This document shows, piece after piece, positions 21,889 through 32,216 of a DNA stretch of 64,000 bases. The notes under the pieces are model-generated. The model saw only the letters and a list, made by a program, of their open reading frames with translations, was not told where the DNA came from and searched no databases. The number at the start of each line of letters is the position of its first letter. The first letter of the stretch is position 1. The position numbers were made by a program, and so were the translations under genes. The stretch spans positions 124,001-188,000 of the forward strand of contig CDRNVI010000070.1 of NCBI GenBank assembly GCA_977017575.1. The letters run 5' to 3'. Origin of the DNA: Paramoeba atlantica (lineage: Eukaryota > Protista > Discosea).

Positions 21889-22615
21889 AGACAAAATCCT
21901 TTTTGAATTTTTGAAGCAAGAAGTTTTATAATAACATATGAAGCCCACCATGCTCGAATATAAACTAGCTTATACATCTTGTGCATGGAATTATTGCACG
22001 TAATACATATTGCATATTATAGGTTGTATACAACAAGAAATTAGTTTGATACAGTTTCTATTATTCGAAAATACTTTGTAAGAATAGCTTTTTCAAAGGG
22101 TGAGAGAGCGATAAGGAGTAGTTATTTACATTTGCTAAAGTTTCGAAACATTATTAATTTCCTACATTAAAGGACCTGGGCGACATTATCAATATCACTG
22201 CGTTTCATTATTTAGGGATTGCTGAGTATTGCTAGCGATTGGTATTTTTTGAAAATTCCAACAGTTTCATACGGTGAATGCAATCGCACTTGACATGCAT
22301 TATCTACAATGTATGTATTTGCTTCATCGCAACCGACGCACTTCTATTCTACTGTACTGTACCATCAGTATAATGTATACCAGTGGGTCAACTAGACCGC
22401 GCCTGAGCAGTGCTTTGCAACAATTATCGTATTATGCTGTGCCAAGATATATTTGACAATCCATTTAAAAAGTGTAAACTAAAATCAATAGTAGTGTACT
22501 GCGCCTTTAGGTCATTACCTATTCTAGACACTATTGGGGCAAATGAATTTTGCAAACATGTATAATTTTCAGCATTTCTTTTGACTAATCATAGTAATTA
22601 CCTGATTAATCATTT

Positions 22616-23665
22616 ATGCGAGTTCCGGACGAGCAGAAAGTATGCGTACGAGGTATGCCTGCCGGGGTGACAGAAGATGAGGTTCGCGATTTCTTCGGGT
22701 CATGTGGAACTATCGTTGACATCTATCTCAAGGACAATGGTTTGGACACGTTCGGTTTTGTAGGTTTCGAGAGCCTTTCCAGCCAGGCTGATGCAATGCG
22801 TTTTGATGGGCGTGACTTCAAGGGATCCAACATTCGTGTAGAGGCGAAAGGTCGCCCTCGCGGTGGAGGAGGAGGAGGAGCCAGCGGTCGTGATGCATTT
22901 AAGGTGTTCGTTGGAGGAATCTCTCGCGAAACGTCTGACGACGAGGTTCGCTCCTTCTTTGAAAAGAAAGTGGGGCCTGTCACCGATTACTACCGCAAGG
23001 AGGAGGGTCCATTCGCATTTGTCGGATTTGGCTCGGTCCGTGACCAGGCAGGAGCACTGCGCGCGAGTGGCTCCCAAGTGGGGAGTAGTCGTTTACGCGT
23101 AGAAATGAAGGGTGGCGCACCTCCTCCCGACTTAGGTGACCAATCTCCTTCTCGAAGCTCCCCACGTCGTCGCCATGACTCTCGCACCCCCCCTCGCCGT
23201 CGTCACGATTCTCGCAGCCCCCCACGCCGTCGCCAAGTTTCACACTCCCCTCCTCGACGCCGTCACGACTCGCGCAGCCCCCCACACCGGCGCCATGACT
23301 CTCGCAGTCCCCTACGTCGTCGCCGTGACTCCCGTACCCCGTCACGACGTCGCCACGACTCCCGTAGTCCCCCTCGTCGTGGTCGTCGTGAGCCCAGCAG
23401 CCCCCCTCCCCGTCGTGGTCGTCGTGAGCCCAGCAGCCCCCCTCCCCGTCGTCGTCGACACGACTCTCCCTCCCGCAGTCCCCCACGTGGACGCCGGGAA
23501 CGTTCCCGCAGTGACGGCCGCCGCCGCCGCCGTGACTCGCGCTCCCCCCCGCGCCGTCGCCCGGACTCCCGGGAGCGCGCGAGTCGCCACTCTCCACGAC
23601 GTGACCACGGCGCCCGCGGTCACTCCCACTCCCCGGCAAAGCGTCGTCGGGGGAGCCGCTCCTAA
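22616..23665 (+). CDS. SR-type RNA-binding protein (2 RRM + longer RS domain), copy 2
   Basis: RRM1 almost identical to copy 1; expanded RRRHDSRSPP-type repeats. Confidence 0.85.
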   Translation: MRVPDEQKVCVRGMPAGVTEDEVRDFFGSCGTIVDIYLKDNGLDTFGFVGFESLSSQADAMRFDGRDFKGSNIRVEAKGRPRGGGGGGASGRDAFKVFVGGISRETSDDEVRSFFEKKVGPVTDYYRKEEGPFAFVGFGSVRDQAGALRASGSQVGSSRLRVEMKGGAPPPDLGDQSPSRSSPRRRHDSRTPPRRRHDSRSPPRRRQVSHSPPRRRHDSRSPPHRRHDSRSPLRRRRDSRTPSRRRHDSRSPPRRGRREPSSPPPRRGRREPSSPPPRRRRHDSPSRSPPRGRRERSRSDGRRRRRDSRSPPRRRPDSRERASRHSPRRDHGARGHSHSPAKRRRGSRS

Positions 23666-24220
23666 AGGGGAAGGGGGGGGCTTTTTTGGAGGGTTGTATT
23701 TTTTTGGGGTATATTATGAAGGAAAGTATGAAAAAGAAAATGAGGGGGTTCAAAAAGGAAATGATGGGGAGATGTATTAGCCAAATTTGAAACGGTGGTT
23801 TTGAAGTAATGCAATAGAATGATTTTTTTTCTTTAAAGTTTTATTTGCCAATGTACGACCTGAATTTGTTTCGGATATTCACCTTACCGCTATGGCTAGT
23901 GTGGATTATATTTATTTTTGTATTGCATCTTGTGAATTTCATTTTTAAGAAAATGTGTACCTGGTGACTTATTTTCTTTATCAAGTTTTTTGTGCTATAA
24001 ATTTACATGATTTCTAATCAATACGCTCATTACTAGACGTGTTTTGCTGTTTGCACGCTGCTCTTTACTATGAAAAGAAGGAATTTTTATTGTTCGAATA
24101 GATTCTGTCTTTAAGGGTGTCGTAGATTTAAGTAAATGTATCAGAGTCGACTCGTATGCCAGTCAGTCTTCTGCGAGAGACACTACACTTGCTAGACTTT
24201 TCTAAGTCTAAGTTTTATGG

Positions 24221-25444
24221 ATGCAAAGTATAATTTCAAACTCTGTTAAGATAGAGCAGTCGACCGCATCAGCTTGTGAACCGTGCTCTATTTTCGGGTT
24301 CACCATTGTGAAATCTAGAGCCGCATATACCAAAGAAGAAATTATTTTACGAACTCATTACTACCTTCCTTTAAGAAGATTTGCGGAGGGTTTAACGCAG
24401 AATACACTCACCGATAAAATTCCATGTACACTTGCTGTTTGTATAGGGCGAAAGCCAAATTCACTCCTACTGTGGAATATGGATAATGCTACCTCCAGTA
24501 CTATATTCTCAGAGATGTATGTGGTGCTTCATTTGAGTACCTCGGAAGTGGATCGCGAATTTTGGAGCACAGATGTAGGATCAGTTCTCTTCATCGCAGG
24601 ACACGCTGCACGCGCACGACGAGCGGGGCATATATTCGTTAACAGAGAAATGGAGGTTAAGATTATGGGCCACAGTCCTGACCTGTCCCACTGCAATCAT
24701 ATTTCGCATGACGGTTCTTCATGCAAGCAATTCGTAAACAAAAAGAGCGGACTGTATTGTGTCCGACACATAGTCAAGCGTTTTCAAAGTGAGAAACCCT
24801 TAGAGAAATTCAGAGAGCATTCAGAGAGTCTCACTCAGAGAGTCAGAGAGCATTCAGTTCGTAATAATCCAGAGCCTTCCGCACTCTATGAACGAAAAAG
24901 ATGCCGAATAGAATCGACACCTTTAGGTGCGTCACACTCTTCTAGGACGAGTAACGGAAGAGAGATTACACCACAAAACAAATCTGCCATCCAGTCCTGT
25001 GCAGCTGCGACACCAAAAGCTCAATCTTTTTTGAGCGCTTTTAAAGTAACAAATCCTCCGACAAAAAATGATCTTCAGCACTCAATACGGAAAGCAACGT
25101 ACGAAATAGTTGCAGGCAAATTAGATCAGTATTCATACAAAGAAAATCTTCAGCAAGAACTCGAGAGTATCAAAGAAATAGAAGTTCAAGCTTTTCTGTG
25201 TCGCACTTGTCAGAAGTGGTACCAAAATTTGAGTGCAGCGTGTCAAGCCAAAGGACATCGAGTAGAACAGAAAACTACTAAGAAACGATTTTTCAGATGC
25301 GCATCCTCGAAATGCCAATTTCTGCTTCTTGTGCTTGGGATTCCTAAGCCGGACACTACATGCCCTAAATGCGGTATAATTCAATGGATACAGGTGGGGG
25401 CATTTTCCGAAAGAAGTCAAAGCTTACAGGACAAACATAGCTAA
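24221..25444 (+). CDS. MCM10: DNA replication factor Mcm10
   Basis: Zinc motif CNHISHDGSSCKQFVNKKSGLYCVRH; C-terminal CRTC...C...H...KKRFFRC...C...CPKC..QW. Confidence 0.8.
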   Translation: MQSIISNSVKIEQSTASACEPCSIFGFTIVKSRAAYTKEEIILRTHYYLPLRRFAEGLTQNTLTDKIPCTLAVCIGRKPNSLLLWNMDNATSSTIFSEMYVVLHLSTSEVDREFWSTDVGSVLFIAGHAARARRAGHIFVNREMEVKIMGHSPDLSHCNHISHDGSSCKQFVNKKSGLYCVRHIVKRFQSEKPLEKFREHSESLTQRVREHSVRNNPEPSALYERKRCRIESTPLGASHSSRTSNGREITPQNKSAIQSCAAATPKAQSFLSAFKVTNPPTKNDLQHSIRKATYEIVAGKLDQYSYKENLQQELESIKEIEVQAFLCRTCQKWYQNLSAACQAKGHRVEQKTTKKRFFRCASSKCQFLLLVLGIPKPDTTCPKCGIIQWIQVGAFSERSQSLQDKHS

Positions 25445-25915
25445 AGAGAAGGGCTTCGTATTTGAACTTTATAGTTTTGCACTCCCAATTGATTTTAGTA
25501 GGTACACGAACTGATTATTTAACTAGCTACAGCACAGTTTAGAATACAACGTGCTAGAAATTTACGGAATTATTAAGCTAATTATTCACTATTAGTTTTT
25601 GTATACGGATATATGCGACCGTCTGATTCGATAATACACGTATCTAAGATAATCTCAGATAACCTACTGCTCACACTCTGTGTAGATAGTACAATTTGTC
25701 GTGGAATATCTTTATTTTTAAGACCTTTCTTAGATTAATTTTTTGTTGACATATTAATTTAATATGTCAAAGTTTAAATTGTTTTAAAATTTTAAATTGT
25801 TTTAAATATGTTAATGTTTAAATTCCTTTAATTTAAAGGAATTTCTACTTTATGAGTATGCCTACTTCTCCGCACGTACTTCTCGATCGAAGTAGTGGCT
25901 AGAACATAAAGTAAC

Positions 25916-27232
25916 ATGAAGTGGTGTTCCGGATGGAAAAGGAGAATAGAGAAAATTGCTCGCAAAGTGACGTCGCAAAGGTTCTGGCGCAATGCGTGTA
26001 TCACTCCATGGAACGTAGAAGGCCTTTCTGGGTCGGGATTAAACTACGATCGCGTCAGAACACAATTTCGTTCACAGCCCATATCGAGCGATATCTTAGA
26101 TGTACTCCAACAGAGAGTCGCTACCAATGCAACCAGTAGAAATGCTGCACATACTCCAGACGAAGCAAACGCAGCTTGCTGTGAGAAACCAGTTTTACCT
26201 CATCATTATTTTACCCGATCCATTGCTTTTAGCCATCGAGACTTCGACGTAGCTCTGAAAAAAGATAGTTCAGTCTACATCTACACAGGTAGAGGTCCAA
26301 GTCAAAAATCTTTACATTTGGGACATATTGTACCACTGGAGCTTACGAAGTATCTAATGGAACATGTGTATCCACATGCTGCACTGGTTTTGCAGCTCAC
26401 AAACGACGAAAAATACCTCTTTCGGGATATCTCTCTTACCGAGTCCGAAAAATTAGCACGTGAAAATCTGAAAGATATACTTGCGGTGGGACTTGATCCT
26501 AGCAGAGTCTTTGCTTTCACAAACACATCGTACATTAAAAATCTTTACCCCACGGCGCTTCGTATACAAAAAAATCTCACCGTAAACACCGTGAGGAATA
26601 CGTTTGGTTTCACTGATAATGACAATGTCGGGAAACTAGCGTTTCCAGCTTTGCAGGCTGCGCCTTGCTTCCCAGAATGCTTTCCGGACGTCTTGCCACG
26701 CAATATTTCATCGGACCCCTCCGTTGTGGAGGAACCTATGGCCCTAGTAGCGTGTGCAATTGATCAAGACCCGTTTTTTGTGTTGACACGTCGAATATCG
26801 GGTTGCCTTGGAAAAAAGAAGCCCGGTGTTATTCATACTACCTTTGTCCCCGCTCTCAAAGGATGCCATTTGAAAATGAGTAGTAGCAATCCGGAGAATG
26901 GTGTTATCGAACTCATGGACAATGAGAATGCAGTTCAGAAAAAAATTAAAAGTGCCGTAAGTGGAGGATGTAAAACACTCTCCGATTTTCAGAGGAGCGG
27001 TGGCAATAAACATACCGATGTTTCTTACAATATTTTGAAATATGTCTTGCGGGATGAGGACACATATACTCAAATTGGAAAGGAGTATTGTGAAGGAGGA
27101 CTATCGTCCGGTGCTTTAAAAAATTATGTCTCAGATGCAATTAACAAATTTCTCAAAGAATGGAAGGAGAGGCGATCACAAATCACGGAAGATACAATCA
27201 CGCAAGTTATGACGCCCCGACGTTTGACATGA
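25916..27232 (+). CDS. WARS: Cytosolic tryptophanyl-tRNA synthetase
   Basis: YIYTGRGPS..SLHLGH (HIGH-like), AIDQDPFF, KMSSS. Confidence 0.95.
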   Translation: MKWCSGWKRRIEKIARKVTSQRFWRNACITPWNVEGLSGSGLNYDRVRTQFRSQPISSDILDVLQQRVATNATSRNAAHTPDEANAACCEKPVLPHHYFTRSIAFSHRDFDVALKKDSSVYIYTGRGPSQKSLHLGHIVPLELTKYLMEHVYPHAALVLQLTNDEKYLFRDISLTESEKLARENLKDILAVGLDPSRVFAFTNTSYIKNLYPTALRIQKNLTVNTVRNTFGFTDNDNVGKLAFPALQAAPCFPECFPDVLPRNISSDPSVVEEPMALVACAIDQDPFFVLTRRISGCLGKKKPGVIHTTFVPALKGCHLKMSSSNPENGVIELMDNENAVQKKIKSAVSGGCKTLSDFQRSGGNKHTDVSYNILKYVLRDEDTYTQIGKEYCEGGLSSGALKNYVSDAINKFLKEWKERRSQITEDTITQVMTPRRLT

Positions 27233-27569
27233 TAACAATCCGACACTTGAGTTTTAAGATTTCTTGCTTTCTCGAAGATGCTACGAATGGTTTTACTAAG
27301 CAGATGTTGTTAACACAGTGTGCAAATTAAACATGAATCGCCAAAAAATCTTCGGACCATATTTCTCAGACAGATTCTAAATCTGTCTTGTGCCGGAACC
27401 ACAACGTATATTTTAAATCGTTGTGCCGGAACCACAACGTATGGATTTATAGATGTCAACTGACTTATCCCTGTACGCCTTTCTTGATTCCTGTGTATTT
27501 AAGACTCTTGAATGCTGTATATTTTTCCTACATAATAGAATACATATTTCCATAGAAATTCCTTTAGCG

Positions 27570-28175
27570 ATGTCGTCACGGATTCGAAGAGTCGTGCTTC
27601 CTTACTCGTTAATCAATGGAAAAGGAAGACCACGTGCGCCGAAGCTAACAACTCCTTTATTTCATCTCACTAGAATACTTGATAGCCCACATCTCACAAT
27701 TCAGCGACGTTACAACAGTGAAAAAAATGTTTTTCCTCCCGTTGAGGCTGTAGCCGCTAGTCCTGCTGACCCTTCCTTGTCGATTCCTGTGAGCACGCCT
27801 CAAAATTCCTCATCTGAGGCGGAGATTAGTGAACCTGATCCAATTTATGACGATGTTCTGAACACCGTAAGCACAGAACCACTTGTTTTGTTCTTAAAAG
27901 GCTCCCCAGATGAGGCACGGTGTGGTTATTCCAAACGCGTAGTGGATATTTTAGACGCGATTCAAGTGGAGTACGTCGCTTTCAACGCATTGGCTCACCC
28001 AAGTGTACCAAAAGGGGCACGGAAGCTGAGTCAGTGGCACACATTTCCTCAACTATTTATCCATGGAGAGTTTGTTGGGGGAACAGATGTTATTATGGAA
28101 ATTGCTAGAAACGGTCAGCTGTACGAGGCATTAGACAAGCATAAAATCAAGTATCATAAGGTCAACTTTTCGTGA
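27570..28175 (+). CDS. Monothiol glutaredoxin (Grx5/1-C-Grx type), probably mitochondrial
   Basis: LFLKGSP..ARCGYS, WHTFPQLFIHGEFVGGTD; basic N-terminal presequence from the ATG at 27570. Confidence 0.9.
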   Translation: MSSRIRRVVLPYSLINGKGRPRAPKLTTPLFHLTRILDSPHLTIQRRYNSEKNVFPPVEAVAASPADPSLSIPVSTPQNSSSEAEISEPDPIYDDVLNTVSTEPLVLFLKGSPDEARCGYSKRVVDILDAIQVEYVAFNALAHPSVPKGARKLSQWHTFPQLFIHGEFVGGTDVIMEIARNGQLYEALDKHKIKYHKVNFS

Positions 28176-28441
28176 ATGTGGTTTTGCATACAAGAAAGAC
28201 GAATTGATGACCTGGCTACAATGTGGAATTTCATTTCTATCTGCTCTGTTCATGCATTCTATCTGCTCTGTACATCGTCAGCCTCGTGCAATCTCTCAAA
28301 GGTATAGATGAACTGAAATAATATGTAAATATAATAATATGTAAAATCAAATTGCGCGATATCACATTATCCGAGACTCCTAAGCTAGGCGTTTACTTTT
28401 TTATTTCATTTACGTGGTACATGTAATGGCCGAGTGAAGTT

Positions 28442-29902
28442 ATGAGCTTTGAAACGAAGTCAAAGACACGCTTATCGTTTTTATGGTCTTTCTTATCTGA
28501 TGTAAGATTGGTCGTGCCTCTAATCCTTTTTCTGGCTGGATGTTGGAATTCTAACCCACTCTATGGATTATTGAGACCCTTTTCTCCACAAAATTTAACA
28601 TCACCAAATACGTCGGCTCCATATACGCCGCATGAAGGAGTGGAGTTCTCGTGCCCTATCTCTCCGTTTGAAAAATCGTCCTACTCATTTTCCTCTCCAT
28701 CCTCGGGGTTCATTTACGAACGCTTAAACACTGCTCTTCCTACCAGCGAAATAGAAAGGGACATAATTGACCATTGCAGATGTTCTGTCCAAGACGTCCG
28801 AAGACATCACCGTGAAATTCTGGAAAGCCTCAACGTGATCGTCCGACACCCCTATTTTCGTTACTTTCGCGCCGACCTCAACCGTCCGTGTCCTTTCTGG
28901 GCGGTCCAGTTGATTTGTAGCGCCACCGTGAATGGCACCTCCCCATGTACTGTACGAAAGTGTGAGCCCGAGGCGATCCCTGCCTCGCTGCGCACCGATT
29001 GTGGAATGGACTTACCTCCCAGTGACGTCAGCGATATCCCGCTTAACCGTCGCGTCACGGCGTTTCGCAAAATTCCGTGGTCCAATGGCCTGGAGGACAC
29101 AACAGCTAGTCCGTGTCCCGAAAAAGCGGAGTACGTCGATCTGGTACTTAACCCAGAATCCAATACTTATTACACTGGGGCGCTCGCCAGTAATGTCTGG
29201 CGCACGATCTATGAGGACAATTGTTTTCGCTCCGAAATTTCCTCACAGTTATGCACACAAGAACTTTTGTACTACCAACTGCTCAGTGGGCTGCATACTT
29301 CGATTTCAGTCCATTTGTGCGGCAAGTATCATCCGCTGTGTCCCGCAACACAAAGAACGGATGAACCCGTTGTGATTGATCATGACACGGAGTGGGAATG
29401 GAACTTACAAGAATTTCGTCGTCGTGTGGGTGATCACACGGACCGCATCCGTAACCTTCACATACTTTACCTCTTTGTGATGCGTGCGGTAAGCAAATCC
29501 CGGACAGCCTTACTCTCGGCAAATTACAGTCAAGGTAGTATTCCGTGTTCAGAAGACATTCATGTGCTTCGTCAGATGGAAAGACTCTTATCTGCGCCCT
29601 TGCTTTGCATTGACCCGTTTAACGAAGTGGAAGTTTTGAAATCAAGTTCTCCATCTGTAGATTTCGTGAAAGAAATGAATTTGAAGCTACAAAATGTTAC
29701 ACGAATTATGGATTGTCTGAGCTGTGAAAAATGCAGACTGTGGGGAAAGGTTCAACTGCTAGGACTGAATGCGGCCGTTCGGATTGTGCTTTCGAATGAA
29801 GCCCCGCATCTTGGCAGATCGGAGCTAATATCTCTGATAAACCTTTTTCGTCAAATCAGCGATTCTATTCATCGGTCAGAGATGATGTCAGCTCAATTAT
29901 GA
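28442..29902 (+). CDS. ERO1: ER oxidoreductin 1
   Basis: YFRYF..L.RPCPFW, YVDLVLNPE, SGLHTSISVHL, MDCLSCEKCRLWGKVQ (CxxCxxC). Confidence 0.95.
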   Translation: MSFETKSKTRLSFLWSFLSDVRLVVPLILFLAGCWNSNPLYGLLRPFSPQNLTSPNTSAPYTPHEGVEFSCPISPFEKSSYSFSSPSSGFIYERLNTALPTSEIERDIIDHCRCSVQDVRRHHREILESLNVIVRHPYFRYFRADLNRPCPFWAVQLICSATVNGTSPCTVRKCEPEAIPASLRTDCGMDLPPSDVSDIPLNRRVTAFRKIPWSNGLEDTTASPCPEKAEYVDLVLNPESNTYYTGALASNVWRTIYEDNCFRSEISSQLCTQELLYYQLLSGLHTSISVHLCGKYHPLCPATQRTDEPVVIDHDTEWEWNLQEFRRRVGDHTDRIRNLHILYLFVMRAVSKSRTALLSANYSQGSIPCSEDIHVLRQMERLLSAPLLCIDPFNEVEVLKSSSPSVDFVKEMNLKLQNVTRIMDCLSCEKCRLWGKVQLLGLNAAVRIVLSNEAPHLGRSELISLINLFRQISDSIHRSEMMSAQL

Positions 29903-30129
29903 CTTTTTACAGTGGGCGGAGGGGGTTTATAGTCAATTTTCTATGGCGTGCTGATTGGTTGCTTTTTGTAGTCAATGGTTTGGTACGAAGTCGAACAAAT
30001 CGAAATACATGTGCACAATTACGCACATTATTAAGTCAGATAATCGTTCCTTTATGTGCTACACTCATGGTACACTTTATATGTTAGTATTCGGTGCATA
30101 TGAGTATCTATTCATTTCAATCTTAATTC

Positions 30130-31770
30130 ATGATTGGTGCAAAAGACACAGTATCGGAAGAGTTCCAATCGCTTCTAAACCATGAAGAATATGGAGAACT
30201 TAAATCCCGATTGACTTCGACAATTACGGAAACCTGTACTCCGTTTTTGAGATTCCAGACACAATATAACCTTTCCTTATGTGAATTCCGGAGTGGAGCT
30301 CATCTGGAAATATCTAGCCGACCTAATCGAATCGTTCCATTAAGCGTCTTTACCAAAGATGCTACAAACCTGCCCACTGTTCATAATGATTCGTGGTGTT
30401 GTATCGAATACCCAGGACATGAGCTTGTGCAGTACAATGAAGCCTTGATGTTATATGAGAATTTGTGGTACGACCTTGCGCTCGCCCGATTGCGACCTTT
30501 GTTTCATTTTAGAGAACACTTGCCCCCAGATTCGACTCTTCGTATTGCACTTCTCATGTTAGGGACTTTGATTGCTCAAAAAAATGTGAATCACGATGAC
30601 ACCGAAATTTTGTTACAGTTCTTAAGCTCTGAGCGGAAACGTATGAATGCACTTGACGAGAGTGAAGGTAGTGACATGTCCTTCACTTATCAGCTGCAAC
30701 TTAAAGCTGTAGCGCTGCTGCGTTCATACGGAAAGACGTCGAAGAGTGAAAAAGCTTCTTCTACATCTGAATTCACAGACGCACTAGCCTTATATTCCCG
30801 TTCACTGCACGCGGATCTGAAAGGCATCACTGCATCATCGAAAGGAAATAAATTGGCGGTCCTGTACTCTCATATAGCTACATCCTACACGATCTTGGGA
30901 ACACCAAATCTGGCTGAGACTTTTTTGTATCAAGCTCAAGCGCTTGCAAGTAGCGCATCGCTACGTGGCGTTATGCTGTTCGCACTGTCGCGCTTGCGCT
31001 ACGACAATCATGATTACAAGAATTGCCTGTCAATGCTTCGGCACTCGTCCGAGCTTTTGCCACTAAATGTACAAAATCTACTTTATGAGGCTCTACTTTG
31101 CTGTGATAGAGAGAAATGGGATCGAAGATCAAACACTTCCGCCGTTGAGATGAAGAGCGAAAAGTCAGCGTGCTTGAACAAAGCAAAGAAAATCACGGCT
31201 GTACTCGTAAACGAATTGGACCATAAAGAGTGTTGGCTAGAAGATGCGGAGTGTGCAATTGAAAGGAGTCATGAAAAAATTCGCCAACTCCAAACTCTTT
31301 ACAATCCAGACGTCTCCGCTCCTGAGTGGGCAAATATTTGTGTGTCGTATCAAAATGAGACTGCGCTGATATCAGCCTACATGGCTCTTCGGAAATCGAG
31401 CTTTACGTCGGCACTTTGGCATGCGAAACAAGTGCTTCATCAGAGAAATGTAAATATTAAACATACTTCACGAGCCTTGTTGTATTGTTCAGAAGCTCTA
31501 GTCATGATGTCTCGAATTCCAGAGGCCCTGGAAATGCTTTTGCAAGTTCCTATAGACACTTGGGTTAAAGGGTCTAAACAAGAAAAAGAATGGCTAGATT
31601 GTGATTCCGGACTTCTTCGGAGGGCTTTAGCCCTCCTTTCACTTTGTCTTGCATTTGAAGACGAGACAGAAAAAGCCAAGCTGCTGATTCAGGCTACAAA
31701 TTTTGAATTTAGTAAGCCTGTACAAAGGTTTATTGATCATTTCTTTCAGATAAATGAAAGTGCCATGTGA
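30130..31770 (+). CDS. CNOT10: CCR4-NOT subunit 10-like TPR protein
   Basis: SAYMALRKSSFTSALWHAKQVL...ALLYCSEALVMMSRIPEALEML resembles the CNOT10 C-terminal TPRs. Confidence 0.7.
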   Translation: MIGAKDTVSEEFQSLLNHEEYGELKSRLTSTITETCTPFLRFQTQYNLSLCEFRSGAHLEISSRPNRIVPLSVFTKDATNLPTVHNDSWCCIEYPGHELVQYNEALMLYENLWYDLALARLRPLFHFREHLPPDSTLRIALLMLGTLIAQKNVNHDDTEILLQFLSSERKRMNALDESEGSDMSFTYQLQLKAVALLRSYGKTSKSEKASSTSEFTDALALYSRSLHADLKGITASSKGNKLAVLYSHIATSYTILGTPNLAETFLYQAQALASSASLRGVMLFALSRLRYDNHDYKNCLSMLRHSSELLPLNVQNLLYEALLCCDREKWDRRSNTSAVEMKSEKSACLNKAKKITAVLVNELDHKECWLEDAECAIERSHEKIRQLQTLYNPDVSAPEWANICVSYQNETALISAYMALRKSSFTSALWHAKQVLHQRNVNIKHTSRALLYCSEALVMMSRIPEALEMLLQVPIDTWVKGSKQEKEWLDCDSGLLRRALALLSLCLAFEDETEKAKLLIQATNFEFSKPVQRFIDHFFQINESAM

Positions 31771-32216
31771 CGTACTTGATTTTCTACTTGAAACGTAATC
31801 TCCACCGCCGCTCGAAAATCATTCGTGGTCATTTTTTCACACTATATGCCGCAACACCTAGATCAGATGAGAAATATTAGTATATAAAAGTAATTAAAGT
31901 CATTATCAAAAGTTATGACATGCAATACATTTCGCTTCAGATTTCTTTCTCGTTTTTTTTTCTTTTCTCGTTAACTTCAGATTTTTTTCCCGTTAGTTTT
32001 TTTGGCGGAGGTCGCGGTATTAAAAATATTACCTAATCGCGTTTACATGGATAAACGTAGTACATACTGTGAAAATATTAGTATATTTTTTATTATATTA
32101 GCCGCAGAATAACTATAGTAAGAACTGCTATAGTAAGTAGTACTATAGTAAGAACGTGGAACACGACACTTTTTTTTACAAAAGATTCTCTTCTAAAAGA
32201 TTTTCTCTATTACACA

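Noticed and set aside
25820-25844. 11-bp perfect hairpin in an AT-rich tract
   Set aside because: Expected by chance or slippage in very AT-rich low-complexity DNA
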